Origin: Laetmonice hystrix
Taxonomy: Eukaryota
Direction of reading: 5' to 3'
Length of the DNA stretch: 64,000 bases
Assembly (NCBI GenBank): GCA_965235115.1
Contig: OZ249442.1
Location: 25,172,001-25,236,000, forward strand
Part shown: piece after piece, positions 27,001-39,000 of the stretch
How positions within the stretch are numbered: the stretch's first letter is position 1
Layout of the letters: the number at the start of each line of letters is the position of its first letter
Made by a program: the position numbers and the translations under genes
Notes under the pieces: generated by a model
The model's input: the letters and a program-made list of their open reading frames with translations, nothing else
Database searches by the model: none
What the model was told of the DNA's origin: nothing

Positions 27001-30000
27001 GTTGGGGAGGCGAGCGTATTGAGGAGGTTTGGGGAGGCGAGCGTATTGAGGAGGTTTGGGGAGGCGACCGTATTGAGGAGGTTTGGGAAGGCGTATTGAG
27101 GAGGTTTGGGGAGGCGTATTGAGGAGGTTTGGGGAGGCGTATTAAGGAGGTTTGGGGAGGCGAGCGTATTGAGGAGGTTTGGGGAGGCGAGCGTATTGAA
27201 GAGGTTTGGGGAGGCGAGCGTATTGAGGAGGTTTGGGGAGGCGAGCGTATTGAGGAGGTTTGGGGAGGCGAGCGTATTGAGGAGGTTTGGGGAGGCGAGC
27301 GTATTGAGGAGGTTTGGGGAGGCGACCGTATTGAGGAGGTTTGGGAAGGCGACAGTATTGAGGAGGAAGACAACAAAAATATCAGTTTTGAAACTGTGTG
27401 CAGGAGACTGCATGAAACTTACAACAACAACAAAATAAAAAATTTGTTCTCTTCTCGACGCGAGTGTCGATTTGGGTCGAAATAGTCCTGAGGTGTTGGT
27501 GGACTGTGCCCCGTTTATATGGAAACACTGGGGTCGTCAACGCGATGGCGCTCATCAATATATTGTATTTGCCAATAGTCGTCAAAGCGAGGGCGCCCAT
27601 CAATACTAGTATATTGTATTCGCCAGTAGAATTTTTAATGTTACCAGTGATATGGATCAGTTCAACATGTTTTTGTTCATTTCGTCCGTAACCGCAGCCG
27701 GTGCTATTATTGGCTGAGACGATGAAGTAAATCGTAAGTAAGTTAAAACTACAGCCTTGCCGGAAAGATTTCATCGTGATGCTGCAATATCAACTCAATG
27801 ATATCGATTGGTGAGATAACGAGTGCGTGATGGCACAATAACTGAGTGGTCGATTGGTGAGATAACGAGTGCGTGATGGCACAATAACTGAGTGGTCGAT
27901 ATCGATTCGTGAGATAACGAGTGTGTGATGGCACAATAACTGAGTGGTCGATATCGATTCGTGAGATAACGAGTGCGTGATGGCACAATAACTGAGTGGT
28001 CGATATCGATTGGTGAGATAACGAGTGCGTGATGGCACAATAACTGAGTGGTCGATATCAATTGGTCGATATCGATTGGTGAGATAACGAGTGTGTGATG
28101 GCACAATAACTGAGTGGTCGATATCGATTGGTGAGATAACGAGTGCGTGATGGCACAATAACTGAGTGGTCGATATCGATTGGTGAGATAACGAGTGTGT
28201 GATGGCACAATAACTGAGTGGTCGATATCGATTGGTGAGATAACGAGTGCGTGATGGCACAATAACTGAGTGGTCGATTGGTGAGATAACGAGTGCGTGA
28301 TGGCACAATAACTGAGTGGTCGATATCGATTGGTGAGATAACGAGTGTGTGATGGCACAATAACTGAGTGGTCGATATCGATTGGTGAGATAACGAGTGC
28401 GTGATGGCACAATAACTGAGTAGTCGATATCGATTGGTGAGATAACGAGTGTGTGATGGCACAATAACTGAGTGGTCGATATCGATTGGTAAGATAACGA
28501 GTGTGTGATGGCACAATAACTGAGTGGTCGATATCGATTGGTGAGATAGCGAGTGCGTGATGGCACAATAACTGAGTAGTCGATATCTCCGACACTACAT
28601 GGCCGACCGTGAAAAGTCTCCGTAATACGCGTGAGACAAGAGACAGATGGCTTCAGACTTGTTCAAGTCATCGTTGAGTTCAGAATCCGGCTGGATTCTG
28701 AATCGAACCGGCTGAGATCGGTATTCCAATCTCAACTGGCTGAGACTGGAATCTGACATACTTAGTTTACATACATACATGTCAAGATTGAAATTGGAAT
28801 TATTACTTTATTATACTAGTTTAAGCAATAAAATTCCGGTGGGTTGAGGTTTAGGTCAAGGGGATAGTGTAGTAGCGAGAATAGACGGTATACAGGACAC
28901 GGCTTGGTTTACATCAAGGGCTCGCGGTGTCGGTGCTAGGAGTATGTTAGCGCATCGATAGAATTACACACTTCAGCTTCAAGAGAGGTGCCATGATGAT
29001 GTGATTCCCTGTCTCCGCTGCAACCTTTCGCCCTTAAAGAATATTGAGTAAAAATAAACGAGGTGCTGAAAACATTTTATTTCCAGCAGATATAAAGTGT
29101 CCCGGGCTGCGGTTGACAGCTCGGTGTAGTCAGAGCCCTCCCACGTTTATTTTTGTTGGTTTCAGAACCGGAGGAGGTGTTGTTAGAGCCCCACGTTTAT
29201 TTCTGTTTGGTTTCAGAACCGGTGGAGATATTGTTAGAGCCCCACATTTATTTTTGTTGGTTTCAGAACCGGAGGAGGTGTTGTTAGAGCCCCACGTTTA
29301 TTTTTGTTGGTTTCAGAACCGGAGGAGGTGTTGTTAGAGCCCCATGTTTATTTCTGTCGGTTTCAGAACCGGAGGAAGTGTTGTTAGAGCCCCACGTTTA
29401 TTATTGTTTGTTTCAGAACCGGAGTAGGTGTTGTTAGAGCCCCATGTTTAGTTTGTCGGTTTCAGAACCGGAGGAGGTGTTGTTAGAGCCCCACGTTTAT
29501 TTCTGTTGGTTTCAGAACCGGAGTAGGTGTTGTTAGAGCCCCACGTTTAGTTTTGTTGGTTTCAGAACCGGAGGAGGTGTTGTTAGAGCCCCACGTTTAT
29601 TTTGTTGGTTTCAGAACCGGAGGAGGTGTTGTTAGAGCCCCACGTTTATTTTGTTGGTTTCAGAACCGGAGTAGGTGTTGTTAGAGCCCCACGTTTAGTT
29701 TTGTTGGTTTCAGAACCGGAGGAGGTGTTGTTAGAGCCCCACGTTTATTTTGTTGGTTTCAGAACCGGAGGAGGTGTTGTTAGAGCCCCACGTTTATTTT
29801 GTTGGTTTCAGAACCGGAGGAGGTGTTGTTAGAGCCCCACGTTTATTTTTGTTGGTTTCAGAACCGGTGGAGATCTTGTTAGAGCCCCACGTTTATTTTT
29901 GTTGGTTTCAGAACCGGAGGAGGTGTTGTTAGAGCCCCACGTTTATTTTTTCGGTTTCAGAACCGGTGGAGATGTTGTTAGAGCCCCACATTTATTTTTG

Positions 30001-33000
30001 TTGGTTTCAGAACCGGTGGAGATATTGTTAGAGCCCCACGTTTATTTTTGTTGGTTTCAGAACCGGAGGAGGTATTGCTGTACGCAGACAAGGACAAAGG
30101 CCAGGTGGGACTGCTGCCGCCAGGGGGCGATGTTGCTGGTGACGACCGGTTAGTGCTGGCATCTAGCAGCATGCCTGTTGCTGTTGGTTACGACCCGATT
30201 AAGCAACAAGTTTACTGGAGTGATGTAAAGGAACGGGTCATATACACGGTGAACCTGAACGGCGGCGGGCGGCGGCAGTTCCTCAATGAAAGTCACGGTA
30301 TCGGCACCGTGGACGGTAAGAAATCGGCGGCCATGACCGAGGTGAACGTTTCCGGATCCACTGGCTCCTGTTTTTCATTGAGAGCGAACACACTTTATAG
30401 GCCTACTTCCGGCCGTGTAGTTTCTGGGCCTAGTTTTTAAAAGAAGATCGAGCAGTATCTCGAGCTTCCAATACAAACACACTGAAATATAGACTTGCCA
30501 CAGGTTGCCACTGACTATGAAAATATAGACTTGCCACAGGTTCCCACTGACTATGAAAATATAGACTTGCCACAGGTTCCCACTGACTATGAAAATATAG
30601 ACTTGTCACAGGTTCTCACTGACTATGAAAATATAGACTTGCCACAGGTTCCCACTGACTATGAAAATATAGACTTGCCACAGGTTCCCACTGACTATGA
30701 AAATATAGACTTGTCACAGGTTCCCACTGACTATGAAAATATAGACTTGCCACAGGTTCCCACTGACTATGAAAATATAGACTTGCCACAGGTTCCCACT
30801 GACTATGAAAATATAGACTTGTCACAGGTTCCCACTGACTATGAAAATATAGACTTGCCACAGGTTCCCACTGACTATGAAAATATAGACTTGCCACAGG
30901 TTCCCACTGACTATGAAAATATAGACTTGCCACAGGTTCCCACTCACTATGAAAATATAGACTTGTCACAGGTTCCCACTGACTATGAAAATATAGACTT
31001 GCCACAGGTTCCCACTGACTATGAAAATATAGACTTGCCACAGGTTCCCACTCACTATGAAAATATAGACTTGCCACAGGTTCCCACTGACTATGAAAAT
31101 ATAGACTTGTCACAGCTTCCCACTGACTATGAAAATATAGACTTGCCACAGGTTCCCACTGACTATGAAAATATAGACTTGCCACAGCTTCCCACTGACT
31201 ATGAAAATATAGACTTGCCACAGGTTCCCACTGACTATGAAAATATAGACTTGTCACAGCTTCCCACTGACTATGAAAATATAGACTTGCCACAGGTTCC
31301 CACTGACTATGAAAATATAGACTTGCCACAGCTTCCCACTGACTATGGGTAGATTAGTAACTGTTGTCTTGGTCCTCCAGGCCGTACGGACCAGCGGCAC
31401 CACGGCAGATTTAAAGCGCATGACTTGTTTTCAACAAATATTCGAAATAGCACAGTTTCTGTAACCCCTCTTGCCACCTAGACTTTCACTTTGATACATG
31501 CAGTTGCCAGAGATTGTATAGGCCTATATCACCAAGATTATAAAAAAAGCAAAAGTCAAAATATGTAAAAGTCAATCTGAAGGTCTACTCACCACTCTTT
31601 TTAGCAGTTTTGCCGTCTTCTCCGCCAAATCACCGGTACCAGAAATATGTAAAAGTATGTTGATATGATCCACTTCACACCCGTTACAACGGAGTTACGG
31701 ACAAATTTTCGACAAAGTTATGCTAACAAGATATTGACAAGGAATCAACTGGGCAATATTTTCAGTGCATCTGCGGGCATTAAATATAGACTGGCGTGTC
31801 TGACTAATTACTCTAATTATGATGTGTTAATCAGCACACCTCTGAGACCGCCACATCTCCGTTCTCTCTCACCAGGTCTGTATGTTGATTGGCTGCACAG
31901 ACGACTGTACTTCTGTAACATGGGTAACTTGGCGCCATACGATGGTGGCCCGCTGTATACCTGGCACCGCATCGAATTCATCGGGCTCGACGGTCAGCAG
32001 CGCCGCACAGTGGTCACTGACGTCAACAAGCCAAGGGCCATCTACCTTGACCTCACAAAAGGGTAACAATTCGATGTTTTTTTATCCTTCATATGGCGTC
32101 AAAGTTTATGGTAAAATTTTTAGGAGTTCTCTATGAAATGATTGACGTCAGGGTTGTAATTTATAAAAAGGTTGCGGATGAGAGTGATTTATAAAAAGGT
32201 TGTGGATGAGAGTGATTTTGTGCCGTAGGGGTGAACGACATATCTGCTGCACCGAATAAAGATTAAAGTTTGAAGATACTGAAGTTTGAAGATTAAAGTT
32301 TGAAGATACTGAAGTTTGAAGATTAAAGTTTGAAGATACTGAAGTTTGAAGATTAAAGTTTGAAGATACTGAAGTTTGAAGATTAAAGTTTGAAGATACT
32401 GAAGTTTGAAGATTAAAGTTTGAAGATACTGAAGTTTGAAGATTAAAGTTTGAAGATACTGACTGGCAGTATTCTCTGCCGCTGTAAGCCCCTGTTCCGG
32501 CTAGATATGTCTGAACGGCTTGTTATGTCCGATACAAGATAATTTCCGTAACCATCAGCTGCAGCGATATGTCCGGTACCGGAGACATTCTAGCTGCAGC
32601 TGATGGTTACGGACCGGTACCGGACTGGCACCGGTACCGGATACATCTAGCTGATATTTGTGGTCATGTCAATTTCTGCGGATACATCTAGCTGATGTTT
32701 GCGGACATATCCGGATTACTGGATACATCTAGCTGATGTTTGCGGACATATCCGGATTACTGGACACATCTAGATGATGTTTGCGGACATATCCAGATTA
32801 CTGGACACATCTAGTTGATGTTTGCGGACATATCCGGATTACTGGACACATCTAGCTGATGTTTGCGGACATATCCAGATTACTGGACACATCTAGCTGA
32901 TATTTGCGGACATGTCAAATTATGCTGACACATCTACCTGATGTTTGCGGACAGATCTCTTGTTGGACAGAACTAGCCGTTTGGACGTATCTAGCCGGAA

Positions 33001-36000
33001 CACCTATAAATGTTTTTAGAAGGACCTCTATCTCTCGCACATATTTGTAATCGATCATGGATCTAGGCCTATAGCCGTACATACATAGGATAATATTTTT
33101 TTAATTCATAGGAATAAAGAGCTATCCGATACTGTTGATATCCAGGATATCAAAAAACGATGTGAAAATTTCTTTTAGAATACTGCCAGATGCTCGTATA
33201 CCCAGGCTAGGGACGGTTTGCCCCATTCCAAAGGCCTTGTTTGATGATATGCGTGTTTGTACGGAGCCCTGTTGGGGACATGAAGAGAAAGAATTTTGTG
33301 CTAATCTCGAAATTACCACTTAGTGACGTCATTAACTCGTTATAATGACGTCACTAAGTCGTTATTACGAATTAATCGCGTTCAGAGAAAACATTTTTGG
33401 TGATCTCGAAATTACCACTTAGTGACGTCATTAAGTCGTAACACCACAACATTTTTTCTCTTCATGTCCCCAACAGGGCTCCGTATGTCTGACCCTGTTG
33501 TGGGAAATAAAATAGATTGTAATTCTAAATAGATTGCGCGACCCGCGTAAATGCACCCTCTTATATATGCGCATATAGGATTTAATTTTAGAACGTGTTT
33601 TGGTAGCGGCACCGACTCTCAGCCGCTTGCAGCTATGTACGTTTCAACACTTTGGTTCATAGCTATGTTGTAGATCTCAGTTGACCGTATTTTACCGTGA
33701 ATAGAATGTCTGATATTTATATTATGGTTTCAGCTACATGTACTACACTGACTGGGGTGTCAGGCCGCGCGTCATGCGAGCCGACCTTAACGGACAAAAC
33801 CCGGTAGAAATACGCAGCCCTGGAAACGTGAGCAACCCGAACGGTCTCGTCGTGTACGACCGGTGGCTCTACCTGGTGGATTCCAACTACAACAACCGTG
33901 TTGGGGCTGCCTATTTGGCTGTCTATGACACACACACCGGGCAGTGGACAACTTTGGATATCGGAGAGGTAGGCCTCTCATTGACAACCCAGAGAGATTT
34001 CGTTTGCCAAAATGTATGTTTACACTATTTATAAAGGAGGCAAGATACAATTATACCAAAATGTTACCAGTAAACCAGCATAGTCCAACACAAAGTGGGC
34101 CAGTGTTTCAGAAGTATGGTTTATGTTTATAAATTCCCAGTGTAGATGAATGAACCAGTGTAAACCAACTTATATAATGGAATGGCATTGTTCCGAATTA
34201 TAGATTGGGTTTTCACTTTGATGTTGGGTTGTGTTTATGAATACTTTCTTTTCATCTCTTTAATTCAGAAATCTTCGTCGTCTAACACCTGCTCACTATG
34301 ATACACACATTGTAAATCTTGTAGTCTAACACCTGCGCACTATGATACACACATTGTAAATCTTCTAGTCTCACACCTGCTCACTATGATACACACATTG
34401 TAAATCTTCGTAGTCTAACACCTGCTCACTATGGTACACACATTGTAAATCTTGTAGTCTAACACCTGCTCACTATGATACACACATTGTAAATCTTGTA
34501 GTCTAACACCTGCTCACTATGATACACACATTGTAAATCTTCTAGTCTCACACCTGCTCACTGTGATACACACATTGTAAATCTTCGTAGTCTAACACCT
34601 GCTCACTATACAAACATTGTAAATCTTGTAGTCTAACACCTGCTCACTATGATACACACATTGTAAATCTTGTAGTCTAACACCTGCTCACTATGATACA
34701 CACATTGTAAATGTTGTAGTCTAACACCTGCTCACTATGATACACACATTATTAATGTTGTAGTCTAACACCTGCTCACTATGATACACACATTGTAAAT
34801 CTTCGTAGTCTAACACCTGCTCACTATGATGCACACATTGTAAATCTTGTAGTCTAACACCTGCTCACTATGATACACACATTGTAAATCTTGTAGTCTA
34901 ACAACACCTGCGCACTATGATACACACATTGTAAATCTTCCTAGTCTAACACCTGCGCACTATGATACACATATTGTAAATCTTGTAGTCTAACACCTGC
35001 TCACTATAATACACACATTGTAAATCTTCCTAGTCTAACAACACCTGCTCACTATGATACACACATTGTAAATCTTCCTAGTCTAACAACACCTGCGCAC
35101 TATGATACACATATTGTAAATCTTCCTAGTCTAACAACACCTGCGCACTATGATACACATATTGTAAATCTTGTAGTCTAACACCTGCTCACTATAATAC
35201 ACACATTGTAAATCTTGTAGTCTAACAACACCTGCGCACTATGATACACACATTGTAAATCTTCCTAGTCTAACAACACCTGCACACTATGATACACACA
35301 TAAATATGAAATCAATTAAACTGTCCGTAGTATAATCTAGAGGAATGCGGAGAAATGTCTGCAAACTTACTTAGATATTGATTCCAGATGCTAGTTAAAA
35401 CTCAGAAATAATCTGTTCATTATCTTCGCTTTTTGGTACCAACAGAAAGGTCGTAAAAATACCCTAAAATAAATGCGGCAGTTTACTTTATAACATTATG
35501 TGTTACAATGACTTAATACTTAGCCTCTGGATGCAGTTATTTAACATTAAACCTTATCATTTTGTAGGTTTACATCCCGTTTGGTCTGGATGCAGTTATT
35601 TAACATTAAACCTTATCATTTTGTAGGTTTACATCCCGTTTGGTCTGGATGCAGTTATTTAACATTAAACCTTATCATTTTGTAGGTTTACATCCCGTTT
35701 GGTCTTGCAGCCAAGGAAGGGCAACTTTTCTACACGGACTGGTTGTCCACGGAAACAACGACTGGCGCAGTGTTTGTGTACGACGTCCACTCACAAAACA
35801 CGTCAGTCCTCAACAAGTACATGTGCAACCCGACAGGGCTCTTCTACAGTCCTACCAGACACAGTCTGCCAGGTCGGTCACCAAGCCCTAACCCTAACCC
35901 TAACCCTAACCCTAACCCGACAGGGCTCTTCTACAGTCCTACCAGACACACTCTGCCAGGTCGGTCACCAAGCCCTAACCCTAACCCTAACCCTAACCCT

Positions 36001-39000
36001 AACCCGACATGGCTGTTCTACAGTCCGACCAGACACACTCTGCCAGGTCGGTCACCAAGCCCTAACCCTAACCCTAACCCTAACCCTAACCGTAACCCGA
36101 CATGGCTGTTCTACAGTCCGACCAGACACACTCTGCCAGGTCGGTCACCAAACCCTAACCCTAACCCTAACCCTAACCCGACAGGGCTCTTCTACAGTCC
36201 TACCAGACACACTCTGCCAGGTCGGTCACCAAACCCTAACCCTAACCCTAACCCTAACCCGACAGGGCTCTTCTACAGTCCTACCAGACACAGTCTGCCA
36301 GGTCGGTCACCAAGCCCTAACCCTAACCCTAACCCTAACCCTAACCCGACAGGGCTCTTCTACAGTCCGACCAGACACACTCTGCCAGGTCGGTCACCAA
36401 GCAATCATACTCAGAAAAACGATAAACGAGATTACATACTACTAGTTAGCCCAAGCTTACCTCTGAGATCTTTGTGAGATTGTATTCAGAATATTAACCT
36501 CATGGTAAATAAGTAGGAACACTCAATCAAAGTAGGGCCTATAGAGTGTGTATGTTTGTATATTCAAAGCAAATGTAGATGGTGCCTATTTATTTAACCA
36601 AACAGTAAGTGACGATTCCTGTGGCGAAGCCCACTGTAGCGACATCTGTGTGCCAGCTCCGGAACTAAGCGTAGAAGAAGCCCGGTGTATGTGTTCAGAG
36701 GACGGTGGTTTGGTGCTGGGTATGGATGGGCGGACTTGTCAAGGTGAGCTGCACCCAATCACAAATATTGTTGGCCGAATCTGTTGGGCAGTCTACTAAT
36801 TATAAACCTTCTCCTGGGGCAGACAAAAAAAGTTTGCCCAGGGGCGGGGGCGGGGGGGGGGGGTGGGGGTGGGTGCATCAACCGATTATATCAGGGGGGC
36901 CGTGGACCCGTAAAAATAACCTTTTAGGGGGCAAATGTCCGAGACAAGGAAAAGAAAAAAACCTGAAGGGGGTGCGCACCCACTGCACCCCGTCACACTC
37001 AGTTGTGATCTATAAATAACCCATATTGTTGTAAGTAGTCAGTAGTATTGCTGCTTACAACGTCCACACCCTATCCAGGCATGAGATCCAATCAAAGAGT
37101 TAATACAACTTGTTATTGTTGTAAGTAGTCAGTAGTATTGCTGCTTACAACGTCCACACCCTATCCAGGCATGAGATCCAATCAAAGAGTTAATACAACT
37201 TGTTATTGTTGTAAGTAGTCAGTAGTATTGCTGCTTACAACGTCCACACCCTATCCTGGCATGAGATACAATCAAAGAGTTAATACAACTTGTTATTGTT
37301 GTAAGTAGTCAGTAGTATTGCTGCTTACAACGTCCACACCCTATCCAGGCATGAGAGCCAATCAAAGAGTTAATACAACTTGTTATTGTTGTAAGTAGTC
37401 AGTAGTATTGCTGCTTACAACGTCCACACCCTATCCAGGCATGAGATCCAATCAAAGAGTTAATACAACTTGTTATTGTTGTGTGTTTATTACAGAGTCG
37501 GAGAGTTTCCTGTTATTGACGGACTTAAACACGATCAAACTGGTTCCCCTCGCCAGTCCCCGAGACAAACACGTCTACACACTCTACCACGGCCACTACA
37601 CCGCTAACTACGTGGCCGTGACCTACGACGCTATCACGAGGGACGTGTATTGGAGTGACCTTCACAGGTCAGTAGTTTAGAGGTCGTTTAGCTGCAGTCG
37701 CCTACAATGACGTACATGTATGCAGAGTTTTCACGAATGCTCAGACGCTGCTGACAGCGATTTTAGCATTGCAACCGCACGGTGCATTGTGGGACTGGTG
37801 GTGTGTTTTGGCTACCAAACAAGCCACGTGCACTCGCATGCTACCCCTGAGTACCCAACGAACCATGACTCGTACGGCTACTAAACAAGTCACGTGCACT
37901 CGCAGCTACCCCTGAGTACCCAACGAACCATGACTCGCACGGCTACCAAACAAACCACGTGCACTCGCATGCTACCCCTGAGTACCCAACGAACCATGAC
38001 TCGCACTGCTACCAAACAAACCACGTGCACTCGCATGCTACCCCTGAGTAGGCGACTTACAAGTGTCGGCTTTGACGATGTATTCTACATAGAAACATTA
38101 TTATAAAAGTAATTGGCCTGAAAAAGCTAAAGTGGGGTTCTAAAGTGTTTCTTTTTTTCTGCAGCAAGGGGATACTGGTTGGTAATCTGGATGGACGCCC
38201 TGTCCGCGTCTTCCACAGCAGTGACAAGACGATCGACGGCATGGCGTTAGACGGCAGAGGTCGCCACCTGTACTGGACGGGCTACACTCGTTACACGGGC
38301 GTCATCGCCATGGCGTCCGTCAATCCAGGGGGCGCTGCGTACGTGGAGCTGATCACTGGTCTCGACCAACCTCGAGCTGTCGTCCTCGATCTCGATCAGA
38401 GGTAGCGTGTTTGGAACCGAGGCTGTCTAGGCAGCGGGAAGTCAAACTAGAACCACTGACAACAAATTAAGTCTGAGAACAAAAGTCAAACTAGAACCAC
38501 TGACAACAAATTAGGTCTGAGGACGAAAGTCAAACTAGAACCACTGACAACAAATTAGGTCTGAGGACGAAAGTCAAACTAGAACCACTGACAACAAATT
38601 AGGTCTGAGGAAGTCAAACTCGAACCACTGACAACAAATTAGGTCTGAGGACGAAAGTCAAACTAGAACCACTGACAACAAATTAAGTCTGAGGACGAAA
38701 GTCAAACTAGAACCACTGACAACAAAGTCCGAGGACGGAAGTCAAACTAGAACCACTGACAACAAATTAGGTCTGAGGGCAAAAGTCAAACTAGAACCAC
38801 TGACAACAAATTAGGTCTGAGGGCAAAAGTCAAACTAGAACCACCGACAACAAATTAGGTCTGAGGACGAAAGTCAAACTAGAACCACTGACAACAAATT
38901 AGGTCTGAGGACGAAAGTCAAACTAGAATCACTGACAACAAATTAGGTCTGAGGACGAAAGTCAAACTAGAACCACTGACAACAAATTAGGTCTGAGGAC

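Noticed and set aside
30495-31352. 285-aa ORF of (PQVPTDYENIDL)n resembling a multi-YENI phosphotyrosine scaffold
   Set aside because: It is the translation of a 36-bp intronic minisatellite. It has no credible start, and splicing from the phase-1 donor into its ccacAG sites hits a stop at once.
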